Assembly: GCA_001244265.2 (NCBI GenBank)
Contig: CDLV01000004.1
Span: forward strand, 1,426,001 to 1,490,000
Reading direction: 5' to 3'
Source: Microbotryum violaceum
Lineage: Eukaryota
DNA: 64,000 bases
The notes beneath the pieces were generated by a model. It was not told the origin of the DNA and did no database searches. It saw nothing but the letters and a program-made list of their open reading frames with translations. Below are positions 1 through 27,423 of this stretch, one piece after another. Position numbers and translations under genes: made by a program. The stretch's first letter is position 1; each line of letters begins with the position of its first letter.

Positions 1-1000
1 GCGTTTATTTCGCTAGTAGTTCTACACGTTATACGACGCTTTGCCAGGAAGTGCAACAAGAGCGATCAGACATCCAAGACCCGGCATCGCTAAATCGCTC
101 GATCTTGCGGTGGCTCGCCTAATGTCGCTCGAGTAAAGCTGGCAGCCGGAGCCCAACACGACCGGTAAGATTTAGAGGAAGAGCGCGCTACACTGAGGGA
201 GTGAACACAAGCGTCCATTTCATCTTTGCTGCGCTGACTGCGCTGAGATCTCCAACATGTAGACCGCGCTCCCTGCCAGTCAGTCACATGCGCAGTCCGT
301 GTCGTGCCTTGGGTGACACTTCCCAAACAGTCAGCAGGGATTCCAAAAGTACTTATTATATTCCAACACTGCCGACTACATTTTGATGTATACTTGAACG
401 AAGTCCTGATCCGGCTCACAGCCCCAACGTCGTACAAAGGTCTTCTGTGGTGTTGCCACGGCCACTCCGAGGCTCACACTCGACCAGGTCCGTTGAGTGT
501 TTGCCTCGGCACTTGGTTGATGACTTTTCAGACGCAAGGAACAGAAGTTGATCACCCCTAACAGTATTTTTCCGTATGATGTAATGAATTATACATTGGT
601 GGCGCGTTAATGAACTCTTTGCTAAGTTGCTAAGAGCCAGCGTACTGCTTTGTCACAATTCCTTCCTGCGCATTTCACACACTCACTGTAATCTCAACGC
701 GAAGTACGTCGTCACGGGCGCTTGCGTTTCAACAGTCGAACTGCAACAAGTCACAGTCACCCATGCCCAAAGTAATGCGCTGTGTATGACTGAACAAGCC
801 ACGAGTGAGTCAGACTCACCTTGATACACCCCTTTCTCTGTCGTTGCTCTACGTTCTCTCATCGCATTAGGCGGCTTGAAAGTTCTGCACGCTGTTGTGG
901 TCTGGGCCTCCTTCTAATATCGACCGACCGACTGCCCCGCCGTGGTTTTCGGCGATGGCAGGTCATATAGTCTTTTGTGACACCAATCAGGGTTCAAACC

Positions 1001-1267
1001 TGTTGCAACAAGGACTAAGAGGTACTCCACAACTCAGCTCCGAGATACACGAGTGAGATGATAAGAATAGCGTGGCTTTGCAGTAACTAACCTAAGAGGT
1101 ACTCCACAACTGAGCTCCGAGATACATGAGTGAGATGATGAGAATAGCGTGGAGAAGGAACCCAGAAGGAAAAAAAGACGCAAAGACAAAGATAGGCGCG
1201 CGGGCAGAATAAAGTATTAACCAAGACTAATAGCAATGAGTTAGGCTCTCAGACCCCACTTCTAACG
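1001..1267 (-). repeat. Copia-1 3' LTR (267 bp, two copies of a 77-bp internal unit)
   Basis: Runs TGTTGCAAC...TCTAAC(G) and matches 4550-4739 apart from one extra unit. Confidence 0.9.
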
Positions 1268-1940
1268 CTACCACCGGTCAAAGAGACTAACGAGACCATT
1301 CCAAGTAGCGCACGAAGTTGATCAAAGCGTTGAAATCCCAAAGGCTTCGTCATAATATCCGCGGCATTGACGTGGGTAGGGCAGTATTCAAGTTCGACCT
1401 CGCCAGAAGCAACCCGTTCTCGAACGAACAAATGAGCAATGTCGAAGTGCTTGGTTCGCATGTGATCGACCGGATCCTTGGCGATCTGGATGCATGCGGC
1501 GTTGTCCTCTTGAATGATAGTAGGCTGTGCTTGTGGAATGCCGACATCACCAGCCAAACGACGGAGCCAGATTGCTTCACGAGTGGCTGAGGATGCAGAG
1601 AGGATTTTGGCTTCGGTAGTGGATGTAGCGATCATAGATTGTTGCTTCGACTGCCAGGAGATAACGCCGCCAGCGAGCATTGATGCATAGGCTCCCACCA
1701 ATCTGCGAGATTCCGGGTCATCCGCAAACGAGGCATCGGAGTAGACCATCAATTGAGTTGTGGAACCGTTTCGATAAAGAATTCCCAAATTGATGGTGCT
1801 GTTGAGGTAGCGAAATATACGCTTGACCGCAGCCCAATCGTCGACAGTTGGACAGGAGTTCTTTTGAGCAACGGCACAAACAGCAATCGCGATATTGGGT
1901 CGACATCGAGTGGACGCGTACTGCAGAGGACCCACATCCG
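1249..1940 (-). pseudogene. Copia-1 RT C-terminus and RNase H fragment
   Basis: Motifs [50 protein letters not shown]. Confidence 0.9.
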
Positions 1941-1943
1941 ATT

Positions 1944-2069
1944 GAAGCGAAAAAGAGGTGGAGGGAGCACAACAGTTTTGAAGGAGTATAGGACCCGCAT
2001 CCAAGACTTTGACGACATCCTCGTGCGCATCTCTTCACCGTCCCCGTTGACATTGCCGCCGAATATGAG
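1944..2069 (+). repeat. About 125-bp fragment homologous to the gene at 33149-33272 (inverted)
   Basis: GAAGCGAAAAAGAGGTGGA...GCCGCCGAATATGAG is a near-identical reverse complement of 33149-33272; both encode KEYRTRIQDFDDIL. Confidence 0.88.
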
Positions 2070-2369
2070 TGTAATACCCCAGGCCCTTCACGACTAGGTT
2101 ACACAGTCCAAAAGACTGACAATTTCAATAGATGCATATTGAAATCAGAAGGGTAGTTAAATAGCGTAAGGCAACCGAGCCTTACACCCGCCACCACCAG
2201 ACTTAGAGATACTCTAAGCATGATTAGACGAATCTCTAATGGCCCCACCGTTCATTCATTCATTCGTCACGGCCATTAGAGATCAAATAACTAGGTCGGC
2301 CCAAGGGCTAAACCTTGCGCCGGTCCTGCTCGGGCTTTTCTCCGCGGCGGGCGAAAATAGCATCCTTCA
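2070..2369. repeat. Possible orphan LTR of another family
   Basis: Starts TGTAATACCCC, ends CCTTCA, appears non-coding, and lies between two TE fragments. No partner or TSD in the window. Confidence 0.35.
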
Positions 2370-2402
2370 AAAATGCCCCACCGGGATCCGAACTGCCGAC
2401 CT

Positions 2403-2929
2403 TGGGTAAAGAACAATGGGGTGGTGTTCCCAGGACGAGAGGCAACGGAACCAGCGGCCATTATCGTCCAAGGAAACGAGGAGTGGGAGGTAGAACGGAT
2501 TGTGGACGAAAAGGGGAAGGGGTCAAGGAAGAGGTTCTTGGTGAAATGGAAGGGGTGGGCAGACAGCAACAACACATGGGAGCCATGCTCACACCTGGAA
2601 GACACCGCAGCGTTGGAAGAGTGGGAGAGTGGGAAGGCGGGGGGAGGACAAGGCAAGGAGGGGAGGGTGTAAGGAGGGAGGGGAGTTTGGTTTAGGTGGT
2701 GGAGAGTGTAAGGCCCGTGCGCCTGGGCCTTAGGAAGAGGGGACGCGCGCCTGGGCACTCTTAGTCTCTCTCCAGCGACTGATACAAGTGTCCAGGTGAG
2801 CACAAGGTGGATCAGAAGGCATTGTCATACCAGCGACTGATACGAGTGTCCAGTGTCAATTCTACATACTTTGGTCCTGTGATCCTTGTCGTCGTCGCTC
2901 AGGTGTACACTCCAACGGGGTGTATTACA
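2403..2929 (+). mobile_element. Gypsy-1 3' remnant: chromodomain, PPT and 3' LTR (2707-2929)
   Basis: [27 protein letters not shown] chromodomain and a 223-bp TGTAAGGCCC...TGTATTACA LTR, matching 16075-16599. Confidence 0.93.
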
Positions 2930-4545
2930 GCGCTTCGGTACTCTTGTTGGAGAAGGGTGATCGCTTTGACTTGGCCTGGATGCACAAGAAGCAAGGAGTA
3001 ACCTTTTCGTCCTTCAGAGTGATGCCAGTGATAGCCCCGGATTTGACGGCCAAAACGATTGCCGCAGGAGATTGATGGCCCAACTTCCGATGTGCTTCCA
3101 TCAACGTACAGGTTCCAGTGAGACGATTGGCTCCGACCATTGAAGGCGGTGAGGATGACATGATAGGCTGAACAGGAGTTGCATCCATGACAAACCCCCG
3201 ACCAGGAAGCGAGCGCAGAATCAACTTGCCGCGGATGCTGAAAATGAGATTGCTTTGGGGACCAACAGCGTACGTCATCAATTCCAACAGACGGTCGATG
3301 GAGATAAAACCGCATTGAGCACCGGGCATGTAGTAGACCCTCTTAATGGTGATACGAGCGCCATATGAGGTAAGAAACGTCACTGAGCCATGACCGGGAG
3401 ATTTGATTTGAGATTGATCGGCGACAGAAATTTTGAGAGGCTCAGAGACAACATCCGATAGGACCAACTTGTCTCCAACGCAATGGACCTTAGCACCCGA
3501 GTCAATGATCCATGGAAAACGTGGCATCGTTCGCGAATAGGGGAAAGTGTAGGTCATCAATGCAGATTCATCTACACCAATGGCAGCTACGTTCGAATTT
3601 GAGTCCGAGGAAGCGGGAGCGCTCGCATCCTTGTTCCTGCTTGGACGGAGACGCCAACCACGCTCGTGTCCCAGTGCTATGCAGCGCGAACAATACGACT
3701 TGGAGTAGTCCTTTTGCGCCGTGGTGGAAATACGGGCAACGAGGCTAGTATCGTCAACGATCCGAGCGGATAACGATTCCTTTTGTTTGTTTCGGGATTC
3801 AGCCATTTCGACGTTCATCAGGAGTTTCGGATAGAACGTGTTCCAATCCATGTGGATGTCGATGTCGGAGGCAAGGTTCCCAACGATCGAGTCATACTGG
3901 GCTGGGAGCGACCGAACGAGCATGCCTGCAAACAGCCAATGCGGAAGCGGAGCTCCGAGGTTCTGAAAATCGGTCATGGCGATCTTGACCTTGTTGACGA
4001 ATTCCTTAAAAGGAATATCCCCAGAGTAAGGTTGCGCTAGAGTGTTGAGGAGGTCCATAGTGCGACTCGGGCGACCGTGAGAGTGGAGACCACGGAGGGT
4101 GTCCCACATCTCGTACGTCGAGGTAAGATGAATCAAGTGAGACATCTGTTCCTCAGAGATCGAATTGGCGATGTACTTGCATGCCAAATCGTTGCGGCGG
4201 ATGACCCGTTCGCGATATTCCGCGACCTTGTCCGCAACTAGAACGCTGGTGAGCCTGGGCAAGGCGTCCGAGTGCGCAGAACCAGAGCCCCCCCCCCCCA
4301 AGCCCGCTAAAGCCGGAGGAGGCTGGTTCAACTGGCGCGACGGACGCAGTTGCATGTGCGATAACAAGCGTGGACCGATAGTCCGCGACAAGGGAGTCGA
4401 TGGATTGATTGACGACATCCCATACTTTGTCGGCTCGAAGATTGATAAACGCACGTTGTGACCAGCTCTTGTACCCTTGTGTGTCCTTGAGATACAAGTG
4501 ATTGCCCGACCCGTTGGGGAAGTCGGATTCGCCCGTTGAGCTCAT
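2930..4545 (-). pseudogene. Copia-1 gag-protease-GAG-pre-integrase, frameshifted and truncated
   Basis: ATG lies within the PBS. Frameshift near the C run at about 4288-4299. CSRCIALGH knuckle-like motif, WIIDSGAKVH protease, HRKLGH...CFLC zinc-binding motif. Cut off by the Gypsy-1 LTR. Confidence 0.88.
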
Positions 4546-4549
4546 AACC

Positions 4550-4739
4550 TGTTGCAACAAGGACTAAGAGGTACTCCACAACTCAGCTCCGAGATACATG
4601 AGTGAGATGATGAGAATATCGTGGAGAAGGAACCCAGAAGGAAAAAAAGACGCAAAGACAAAGATAGGCGCGCGCGCAGAATAAAGTATTAACCAAGACT
4701 AATAGCAATGAGTTAGGCTCTCAGACCCCACTTCTAACA
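4550..4739 (-). repeat. Copia-1 5' LTR (190 bp, one internal unit)
   Basis: TG...CA ends, adjacent PBS, flanked by the AAACC TSD. Confidence 0.9.
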
Positions 4740-5869
4740 AAACCCAAGGTGGACTACACGTCGTGTTGGAGTCAGACTGAAAGTACCCAAACCGGGAGGG
4801 TGTTTTCAAAGTTCTTTTCGACGGGACATACCGTCTTGTCATCATTGTGATGGTCATCTTCTTGGTCTTCAGTTGGGTCTTATAGTTACGACGATGGGTG
4901 AATTCAGGATGGGACATGAAAGGAGAGGTCGAGCTGTCGTCTGACCCCTGTATTGCAGTCCCACCGAATGACCTCACAGTTATCCACCGTCCGGTTTTGC
5001 GGCGCGCAGGCAGTTAAGGGTTTTGCAGTGGCAACCGGTCCGACCTGAAGGTGAAGTCAGATTGTATCTAAGAAGAAGACAATGGTAGGCCAAAAGGTCA
5101 AACAGACTTATGCAACGAGACACGGTCAATGGTACGGCGCCTTCGGACGAAGCATGGATACATGGATATGAGGAATGATTAGGAGGGATCGGTTCCAAAG
5201 TGTGTTTGAAACGGGAGGCGCAAGGAACGGCAATGAGGTTGAAGTTGGAAAAATTGTATGGCCATTTGGTTGTACATCACAAGTTCAGAAGAAGAAGAAG
5301 GAGAAAGAGGAGATTCGTCGGCCGAGAGCCATTCTAATTTCGTTGACCCAGAGGTAAATAGATGCGCAGAGATGTCGCGTTGCCTGGATGCGAGCGCCAC
5401 ACCGTTGTGCTGCGACCCATGCGGTGCGCCCTGAGTCCTTGTAGGACAAAGGTGCGGAACGATTGGTTGTGAAGGAACACTCCAGCTTAATCTCTGGAAG
5501 GGGGGCCGTAGATGAACGGGATACCGGTGCCCGGAGCACACAGGGGCCCCGGGCCTTGACGTAGGAAACGGTCCGCTGGGGGAGGGGGAGGGTCAAGTAT
5601 GCCCAGTGATCTTGGCGGAGCCTGACAGAATGAGCATTTTGATCATATTAAAGTGTTAAGATTAATTGCCACAATCAAGATGGCAGCTGAGACGCTGTAT
5701 GCGTGCATGACAATCATCTGAAACTAAACTCAAGGATCTACACTGAAAGACGCGTCACAAACCACAGAGACATGACAAATATCGGTCATCTTGAAGCCGA
5801 CTCAGAGCATAATATGCCCAAAGAAAGACACAAGAACGGTCTCAATCCATCGACAATGTGTTGCTTCAT

Positions 5870-7348
5870 TCATCCTCCGGTCTCCTCCGCCACCCCCTCG
5901 GTATTTCTTTTTCTATCTTCTTCTCCGCTTTTTTCTCCGCCGCGTACCTCTCCGCCTTCGTCCCCGGCTCCACCAAATATTGGGCTCAGGGGTCCTTCTC
6001 CGCCATTCGAGTCATCGTCGCTTGCCTCTGCCTCCGTGTTGTCGTTCGGGTCCACCGAGGGTACGATAGCGAGGTGGCCGTGACGGAGGTCGTCAATGAT
6101 AGCCTTGAGCTGAGCAACGGTTTGCTTGGGCGAGGTCTCTGCACTATGATGCAGATCCATTTCGTATCTACTCTTCGTTCCGGGCTTGATCCGCAATTTG
6201 ACACCCAGTGCCTTCAAGCCCTGGGTAGACCATATCATCTTCTTCTGAGGTGTGAAATCGCCTATCGATGATTCCGTGTCGGAACGGCGATGTATAGTCT
6301 CGAGAGCAAAGTCTGTAAAGACGGAAATGATTAGCACGGAGTCGAGCCCGATCAGATGCAGACTACTTACTGAGTTGGGCTCGGAACAGAGTGCCGTGCC
6401 ATTTTCCAAGAACGCCACGAGTAGCACTGTCCATTGAGCGAGTTTTTGCTGATATATGAGACGAAAACATATGTCACATAATTGGTAACGGTAACTTGGT
6501 CTCATGCGCGTATAACTTGCGATGAAAGGCTCACCCTCTTTCAGATCTGCCGCTTCATTGGCCTTGAGTGTCTCATCCCAGCTCATCTTGGAAGCAAAAT
6601 TAGACAACAAGGAATTGCCGGATGGATCCTTGAAGTCGTTGCAGTGAGCTGCAAATCTGAGCCCACTTATCGAATGCACGGTCGCCTTCGTCGCTGGCGA
6701 CACGTCGTTTTGATAACGAGGGACAATAAAGGCCAGGGTTTCCACTCCGTACAGCTTGGACATGCGTTGCGCCAGGTCTCGCAATTCTGCAATGTACTTT
6801 TTGCATTGCTCCATCCGAGTTGGGGAAGGAATGTCGGATGGCGACCGTGTGATGATGGTGGGTGGTACTATCGAAGTGAAAGTCGTATTATTTCCCGCCT
6901 CTGCCGCTGCAAAAGCCGCGCGAACAAGCTCTTCATCGTCCTCGCCAAGTTGGGCAGATCCGAGGTCCCCCTGGTCTCTCAGGAAGTTCCAGAGTTGAGC
7001 GGCAAGTTTGGTGATGGATTGCGATTTCGACTGATCCGATTTTGGGCACGTTTGACACACCCAGGGTATGCAAGAATAGACATTGCGGACGCAGCGGTAA
7101 GCATAAGCGAGAGCGTAGGAGAGTGGAGTGGGCATGACCGGAAGCGCCCGGAGGCCCGACTCACCCTTGCTTGCTCGCTGGTGTAAAACCTTGATTACAG
7201 GGTCCGAAAGAAATCTAGACCAAGCATTGCCCTTCGAAGCGAGCCTGTTGAACTTTTTGACGGCCTGAACGAGCCTTGCATGGGATATGCCGCGCTTCGC
7301 GGCCATCTTGAGCTCCGAGTAATATCTTCGAGCGGCCCAGCGCTTCAT
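5870..7348 (-). CDS. Hypothetical protein; probably the accessory gene of the CACTA-like element, possibly starting near 8850 with introns or frameshifts
   Basis: 492-aa open frame with an acidic C-terminus, divergent from the transposase. Further minus-strand ORF pieces at 7620-8850. No domain recognised. Confidence 0.5.
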   Translation of the reverse strand: MKRWAARRYYSELKMAAKRGISHARLVQAVKKFNRLASKGNAWSRFLSDPVIKVLHQRASKGESGLRALPVMPTPLSYALAYAYRCVRNVYSCIPWVCQTCPKSDQSKSQSITKLAAQLWNFLRDQGDLGSAQLGEDDEELVRAAFAAAEAGNNTTFTSIVPPTIITRSPSDIPSPTRMEQCKKYIAELRDLAQRMSKLYGVETLAFIVPRYQNDVSPATKATVHSISGLRFAAHCNDFKDPSGNSLLSNFASKMSWDETLKANEAADLKEGEPFIASYTRMRPSYRYQLCDICFRLIYQQKLAQWTVLLVAFLENGTALCSEPNSVSSLHLIGLDSVLIISVFTDFALETIHRRSDTESSIGDFTPQKKMIWSTQGLKALGVKLRIKPGTKSRYEMDLHHSAETSPKQTVAQLKAIIDDLRHGHLAIVPSVDPNDNTEAEASDDDSNGGEGPLSPIFGGAGDEGGEVRGGEKSGEEDRKRNTEGVAEETGG

Positions 7349-9050
7349 CGAGGTCCACTTTCTTTGACTAATACGACCGGTCGCGTTCCGATGCGAGCCA
7401 TGTATGGCCGTTCAGAGCCTGATAGCTCTTCGATGGTCGATCGTGACATCTTCAAACTCGCTCTCACTGTGACTGTGACTGTCACTTTCACTGTCACTGT
7501 CGTCAGCCGAGGATTGACTGGAATCGCCCAAATTGGGCTCGTCAGAGTCGGAGTCGGACGAAGGGGTTAGGGGCACGGGCATGCGCCGCTTTCTCTTCCG
7601 AGTCGGGCGTCGAGACGGTTCATCCAGAATTGTACTGGCTTGTGAGGAGGCTCGACGGCTTTGATCGTCCCTCCGACCTGCAAGAGGTGTGAGAGAACAG
7701 AGAATTCTTCAGCTGTCCGTCAGGATTGAGTAGATAGAAGGATGAGGTTGATGACTGGCACTCTGCTCTCAGCCCTGCTACAAGGGATCTCAGTTGACAC
7801 ACCAGACAAGAGAACTCACTCGGATGAGCGCCAAAGGAAATAGACTCTGCTGGAGAACCTTCCCTAGATCCCACGCGTATGTCTGACGGTCGCGTCATGG
7901 GGGGCCCTCCCGCCTGAGACCCTACTCCCTCAAGGTCCTGGATATCGGCGGCGTCCCAGCGCCGTGCGGTACTGCGCTCGCAGGTTCTCCAGGATGTCGC
8001 CGAGCCAGACGAGCGCGTTGTACGACGCTGAGCAGAGACGAAGTAGCGGACCGACCGTTTTGAGCCCTTCTAGAATCTTGATGGCGGGCGCGAAGAGTGA
8101 GTTGTGATTTTCTTTCTCCAGTTTGTGAGGAACAGAGTTCGGCAGTCGACGGTGTCGTGTGACCACGACAATCGGATGAGGGGAGCCACGAGTTTTTTCC
8201 CTTGATCGACGTCGCGAGCGTATGAGACTCTATCTTTGAACTTGGGGTCCAACACCATTTTTCCCGATTGGGTTCGGAGGACGAAAGGAAGACGGAGCTT
8301 GGGGGTTTGGGCCTTTTCCTTCCCACTGGAAATCGGATCCCAACGGCTGAGCCCTCCTCAGAGCCGCGACGGCCTCCTGGCGCGTCCAGAGAACCAAGGG
8401 GTCTGCGTCGACAGGCCGTTGAACAGGCGACAACCAAGTGGTGGCAGAAAAATCCTCTGCTTGGCCTTGAGCATTTGGTCCGCAGCTCAAAGAATCGCGA
8501 ACCCCTGCTGGGGTTTTGATCGGGAGCTGCTTGCTGCATTGTCAGTAAAAGTTGTACAGCTTATTGACTTTAGAGTGGTAAAGTGGGTGAAGGAGAAGCT
8601 CCTCGTGCATCACCGATAGAATGAATATCATTCTATCGGTCTTGCCGTTGTCTTGGGTCTCATATCCACTATCCTCGTTGTCGTACATGTTATTGATGGT
8701 GTCAAGTGGGTAATGATGGAGAGCTCGATCGGGGCCACCTGGGCACTCTAGGCCAAACCGCGCGCGGTTTAAAGCGGTGTAGGCCGATTTAGTGAGTTTT
8801 AGGAGAGGCTCGGTGTCAACTGCCGGTCGCTTAACCGTCACCGTCGCCACCGGCTCAGGAGGTGGTTTAACACCGGTTACACCGGTTATAGTACAGTTTT
8901 AGGGTGGCTGGGAAAGGAGCGTGCAAGCTGGCCTCACCGGCCGAGTTGATTGATCGGGCAAGGGCGAGAAGGCGCAATAGTCCGTGACTTGATTTCACCG
9001 CCACGCCCCGGCCGGCTCATCTTCGGTCGCACCACCATCTCGCAAGCTAG

Positions 9051-10628
9051 ATGCCGCCGAGTTCGTCAGTGAGTATAACGAGCTATGACATCTATTCGAA
9101 GTTTCTGACATTCTGGTCACTGTTTCGTTGTATCCCTCAGATCTCAGGCGGTGGCTCGACACGATTTCGCTGTTGCTGCTTCCTCCACGCCTGTGACTGG
9201 AACAGCGGCGGTCGTGGCGTCGCGAGATCAACGATTCGCAACCACCGCAATGAAGACGCCGAGTACTACGAGAGCTTGCTCAAGCAAAGTGCACGCGTAC
9301 CCCATGAGCTCGAGCAGGCCATCGCATGGTCGCAAACCCGACCCGAACCGATCGAGCCGTTGAAGACTCGATTGGGCCAGCCCGATCCGAACGCGGCGCA
9401 GAACGTCGAGGCACTTCCAGCGAGTGCCGTGTCTACCTCCGAGCTGGATCACCATGATGCTCAGTCAAACTGCAAAAACCTCCTGCTCCCCCGCGGTGGC
9501 TTTGGTTTTGCGTATGAGCTCGAATTTGGCGGCGGGGAGGAGCACTTCAAGCAAGAGCCGCCCCTGCCCAACGAAGTTGAGCCGATCGACGACGACGATC
9601 TCATCTGTTCCGAAGCAATGATCATCGTGGGCTCAACAGTTCGCAACGAGGTTTTCTCCGGATCAAGAGCGCAAGAAGGGAGCATTGACAGCGAAGACGG
9701 GGCCAGCACGGCCACCGAGGACAAATGTAAGGACATGGTCAGGGGCACGTTGCGCTGCGCATGGCTTGAGGAGTTCCTGCAGGGCGATGGCAGTGATTCG
9801 GACGGGGAGGAGGAGGAGGAGGCGCCAGATGAAGGAGACGACGATGACTTCGAGACACCGGATGATGAAGAGGACAAGCTCGATCTCGGCACAATCGATC
9901 CACAAGTGATGCGCTCGCTCGCGCCAGTGTCAACCTCGTACAAACCTCCTCCGCAGCCACCCTCTGGTCCACCTACTCCTCGAATCAGACCCTCGGACCT
10001 CAGTCCTGCACAGATGCTGTCGCTGCGCTGCTTCATCCGCGCACTGGACAGCGACATGTCCGATAAGCAGTACCTTCATCTAATTCAAGAAGCAAGTGTG
10101 CAAAAAGGTGTGGACCCTCGGCAATGTATGTCGATGCGGGAGATGGCGGAGTTCGTCCAGACAGCATCACAGCTCGAAGCCGAATGGTTCGACATCTGTA
10201 TCAAGGGACACGTGGCATTCGTCGGCCCCCACACTGACCAAGAGGTGTGTGGAACTTTGCACAAACGCGTGGAAAGCGACCCCGAGATGAAGAAGAAGAA
10301 GACAAACACGGAACGATGCACCAAACCGAGATTCAAGACGATCAGGACTCGCCGCGGTAATCTCCAACAAAGACCTCGAAAGCAGGCAGTCTTCCTGGAC
10401 CCGGTCCCGCAGATCAAGGCCATGTATGGCTGCCAGCAGCAGGCCAAAATGCTTCGCTCGCTACACAAGGAGATGACACGGTTCATCAGTCTTCGCAAGG
10501 CTCGAGGCGATCCGCACGCCGGCGGCTACACCGATGTCTCGTCTGGTCAAGCTCTGGCACATGCATTTGAGGCAGGCGTCTTCAATGACGAACGAAACAG
10601 ATTGTTTGGTCTGTCGACCGACGGTGCG
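9051..10628 (+). pseudogene. CACTA/CMC (Tnp2-like) transposase, segment 1
   Basis: Long ORF with FDICIKGHVAF and LFGLSTDGA (first catalytic Asp region), interrupted by a solo LTR. Confidence 0.75.
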
Positions 10629-11004
<376 letters not shown>

Positions 11005-11009
11005 GTGCG

Positions 11010-11554
11010 CTGGTGAAGGAGAACAGAGAGGGTTTGTTCTGGATATGGACGGTCACTCTGTACAACATCTCAATCAAGTCCGGTCGATATCGCCGCGACA
11101 ATACCTACGTCCTCGTCATTACCCCATGTGCGACAACAACGACGGACTTCAACAGCTTTGCCTTCATCATCTTGAAGCAGTTTGAGGAAGCGGCAAGGGG
11201 GATTTGGATTTTTGATTCCATCAATCACACCTGGTTACTATGGCAAGGCTACATCCTCTTCTTCTTAGCTGATCTTATAGGACAAGCTAAGCAGTCAGGC
11301 TTTGTGATGAGCCGCGGTACCTTCCCATGCAATAACTGCGAGATGCCGTTGGTGACCAAACCCAACGGTGCCGGCCACTACATGGTCAAAGACGGCCAAG
11401 CAACATACAGAGGAGATTGCTGCGTGGGCAGGAAGAAAGCCGCAGAAGAGGACACCGGCGAAGATAATGGCGGCAACAACAGTGACGGGGACAGGGACAA
11501 CAATGATGGGGATGGAGACGGCGATGAGCGACCTCGAAAAAGGCGAAAGGTCAT
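11010..11554 (+). pseudogene. CACTA/CMC transposase, segment 2
   Basis: In frame with segment 1 once the LTR and one TSD are removed (STDGA|LVKENR). Contains FFLADLIGQAKQSG...FPCNNC. Confidence 0.75.
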
Positions 11555-16599
<5,045 letters not shown>

Positions 16600-16604
16600 G
16601 TCAT

Positions 16605-16904
16605 GCCCCCATTGACGGTGCGCAAACAAGTCAACGCCCATTGAGCGATCAGGGGCTACTACCCGTACAATGGTGCTCCCCGTCCCAGGCCCAGAACCCT
16701 GGCGCGATACAAGGCACAAATTTCGAAAGCTTTCAACCCGACGCTCAGCAAACAAGCGAGCAAGAAGGTGCGCACACAATTCGGCATCTCAGCAATTCCA
16801 CTCGCCACCAATTTGACACTGTTTGATGTGCCCGGGTCCTTCCCAATTGACATTGCACACCTGCTGGGGAACAACATTCCCGCTCTACTATGGAAGTCAC
16901 CTGT
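16605..16904 (+). pseudogene. CACTA/CMC transposase, segment 3
   Basis: Frame continues across the GTCAT TSD, with one TGA at 16642-16644. Contains FPIDIAHLLGNN (D-x-x-H motif). Confidence 0.72.
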
Positions 16905-26291
<9,387 letters not shown>

Positions 26292-26296
26292 CCTGT

Positions 26297-27423
26297 CTGC
26301 TGGAGATCCGTAAAAGATGGCACTCGCATCCTCTCCACTGCTGCGGCTTTGCTTGAAGGTGCCCAGGTGACGACGCCAAGCATTCGGAACCTACCTGCGA
26401 AACCCTCAAGAGAAGGCCAACGCGTGCTACAAGATTCACGAGTGGTTGGAATTTGAGTTGGATGGATCCGTCGCCGTCCTCCGAGACGCCGGCATGCCCA
26501 ACAAGTACGTCGCACACTGGGCTGACTTTGTCAGGCTCGTCAGGCTTGTGCTCGACCGCAGCCCTGCCAGCATTGAACACATCCAAACCATCGACGAGCT
26601 CGCTGACCGGTTCGTACAGGAGCAAGAGCGTCTGTATGTCGGATTCAGCGGGAACCGGGTCGAAGCGATGCCCTTGGCCATTCACAAACTTCACCACCTT
26701 GGGGAATGGATCAAGCGGGTCGGTAACCTCAGCCTTGTGTCGCAGTTGCAGCTCGAGCGAGTCATCGGCTACTGCAAGAAGGACGCGACTTCGAACGTGA
26801 GCCCGTGCATGAGCTTGATGAAGAAGGCAAATCCCCAGAGCAGCGGGGAGCTGCTCGGGATGCCTGCGACTGACCGTGACTGGGTGTTTGCCTTCAACAC
26901 CGCTTCACAGACCATCGTACACGAACAGCAGAAGTGCTGGGCGGACAACGATCCCGAGTTCGCCGCACTCGTGCTAGCGCTTTTGCCTGAACCGTCGCTG
27001 CCCGAGCCAGGACGGGTCTTGACGCTCTTCTCGCCGGTCGAGACTCGAGCCAGCAAGGACTGCTACCGAGAGTGCGAAGCTTGGACGAAGGCATTTGGGG
27101 ACGGCAAAATAAGAGGGTTGGTCGGAAGCATCAAAGACAAAGTTGTTTACTGGGATCACTACGGTTGTGCCACGCTCAGTAATGCGAAGCGAAACTACTT
27201 GTCAACAACGAGGCGCAAAGGTGAAGACAACAACGACCAGCAGCAGGTGTCTCGCTTTGTGATGACATTGTTCAATTTGACGGGAGCTCAAACTCGTAAA
27301 GCGATGTACACGATTGGTCGAGCCATGTCAATTGTACGGGTGCCGCCCCATGTCAAACTCAAGCAACTCAAGGTTGGGCGTTCACGTCTTGCCGTTGTTG
27401 CCGAACTATACCCGCCGGCGTGA
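26297..27423 (+). pseudogene. CACTA/CMC transposase, segment 4 (C-terminal)
   Basis: Continues across the CCTGT TSD, with a frameshift near 26380. Contains YKIHEW and HKLHHLGEWIKRVGNL...LERVIG, as in Tnp2-type C-terminal regions. Confidence 0.75.

Larger units (their letters stand above)
1001..4739 (-). mobile_element. Ty1/copia LTR retrotransposon (Copia-1), internally collapsed
   Basis: LTRs at 1001-1267 and 4550-4739. TSD AAACC at 996-1000 and 4740-4744. PBS GGTTATGAG next to the 5' LTR on the minus strand. Gag/protease and RT-end/RNase H remnants present; integrase core and most of RT missing. Confidence 0.92.

Noticed and set aside
1-1000. Short ORFs at the window start
   Set aside because: No recognisable motifs or repeat boundaries.
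4745-5860. Left terminus of the CACTA-like element or the LINE 3' end
   Set aside because: No TIR matching the 28290 end and no convincing coding motif found.
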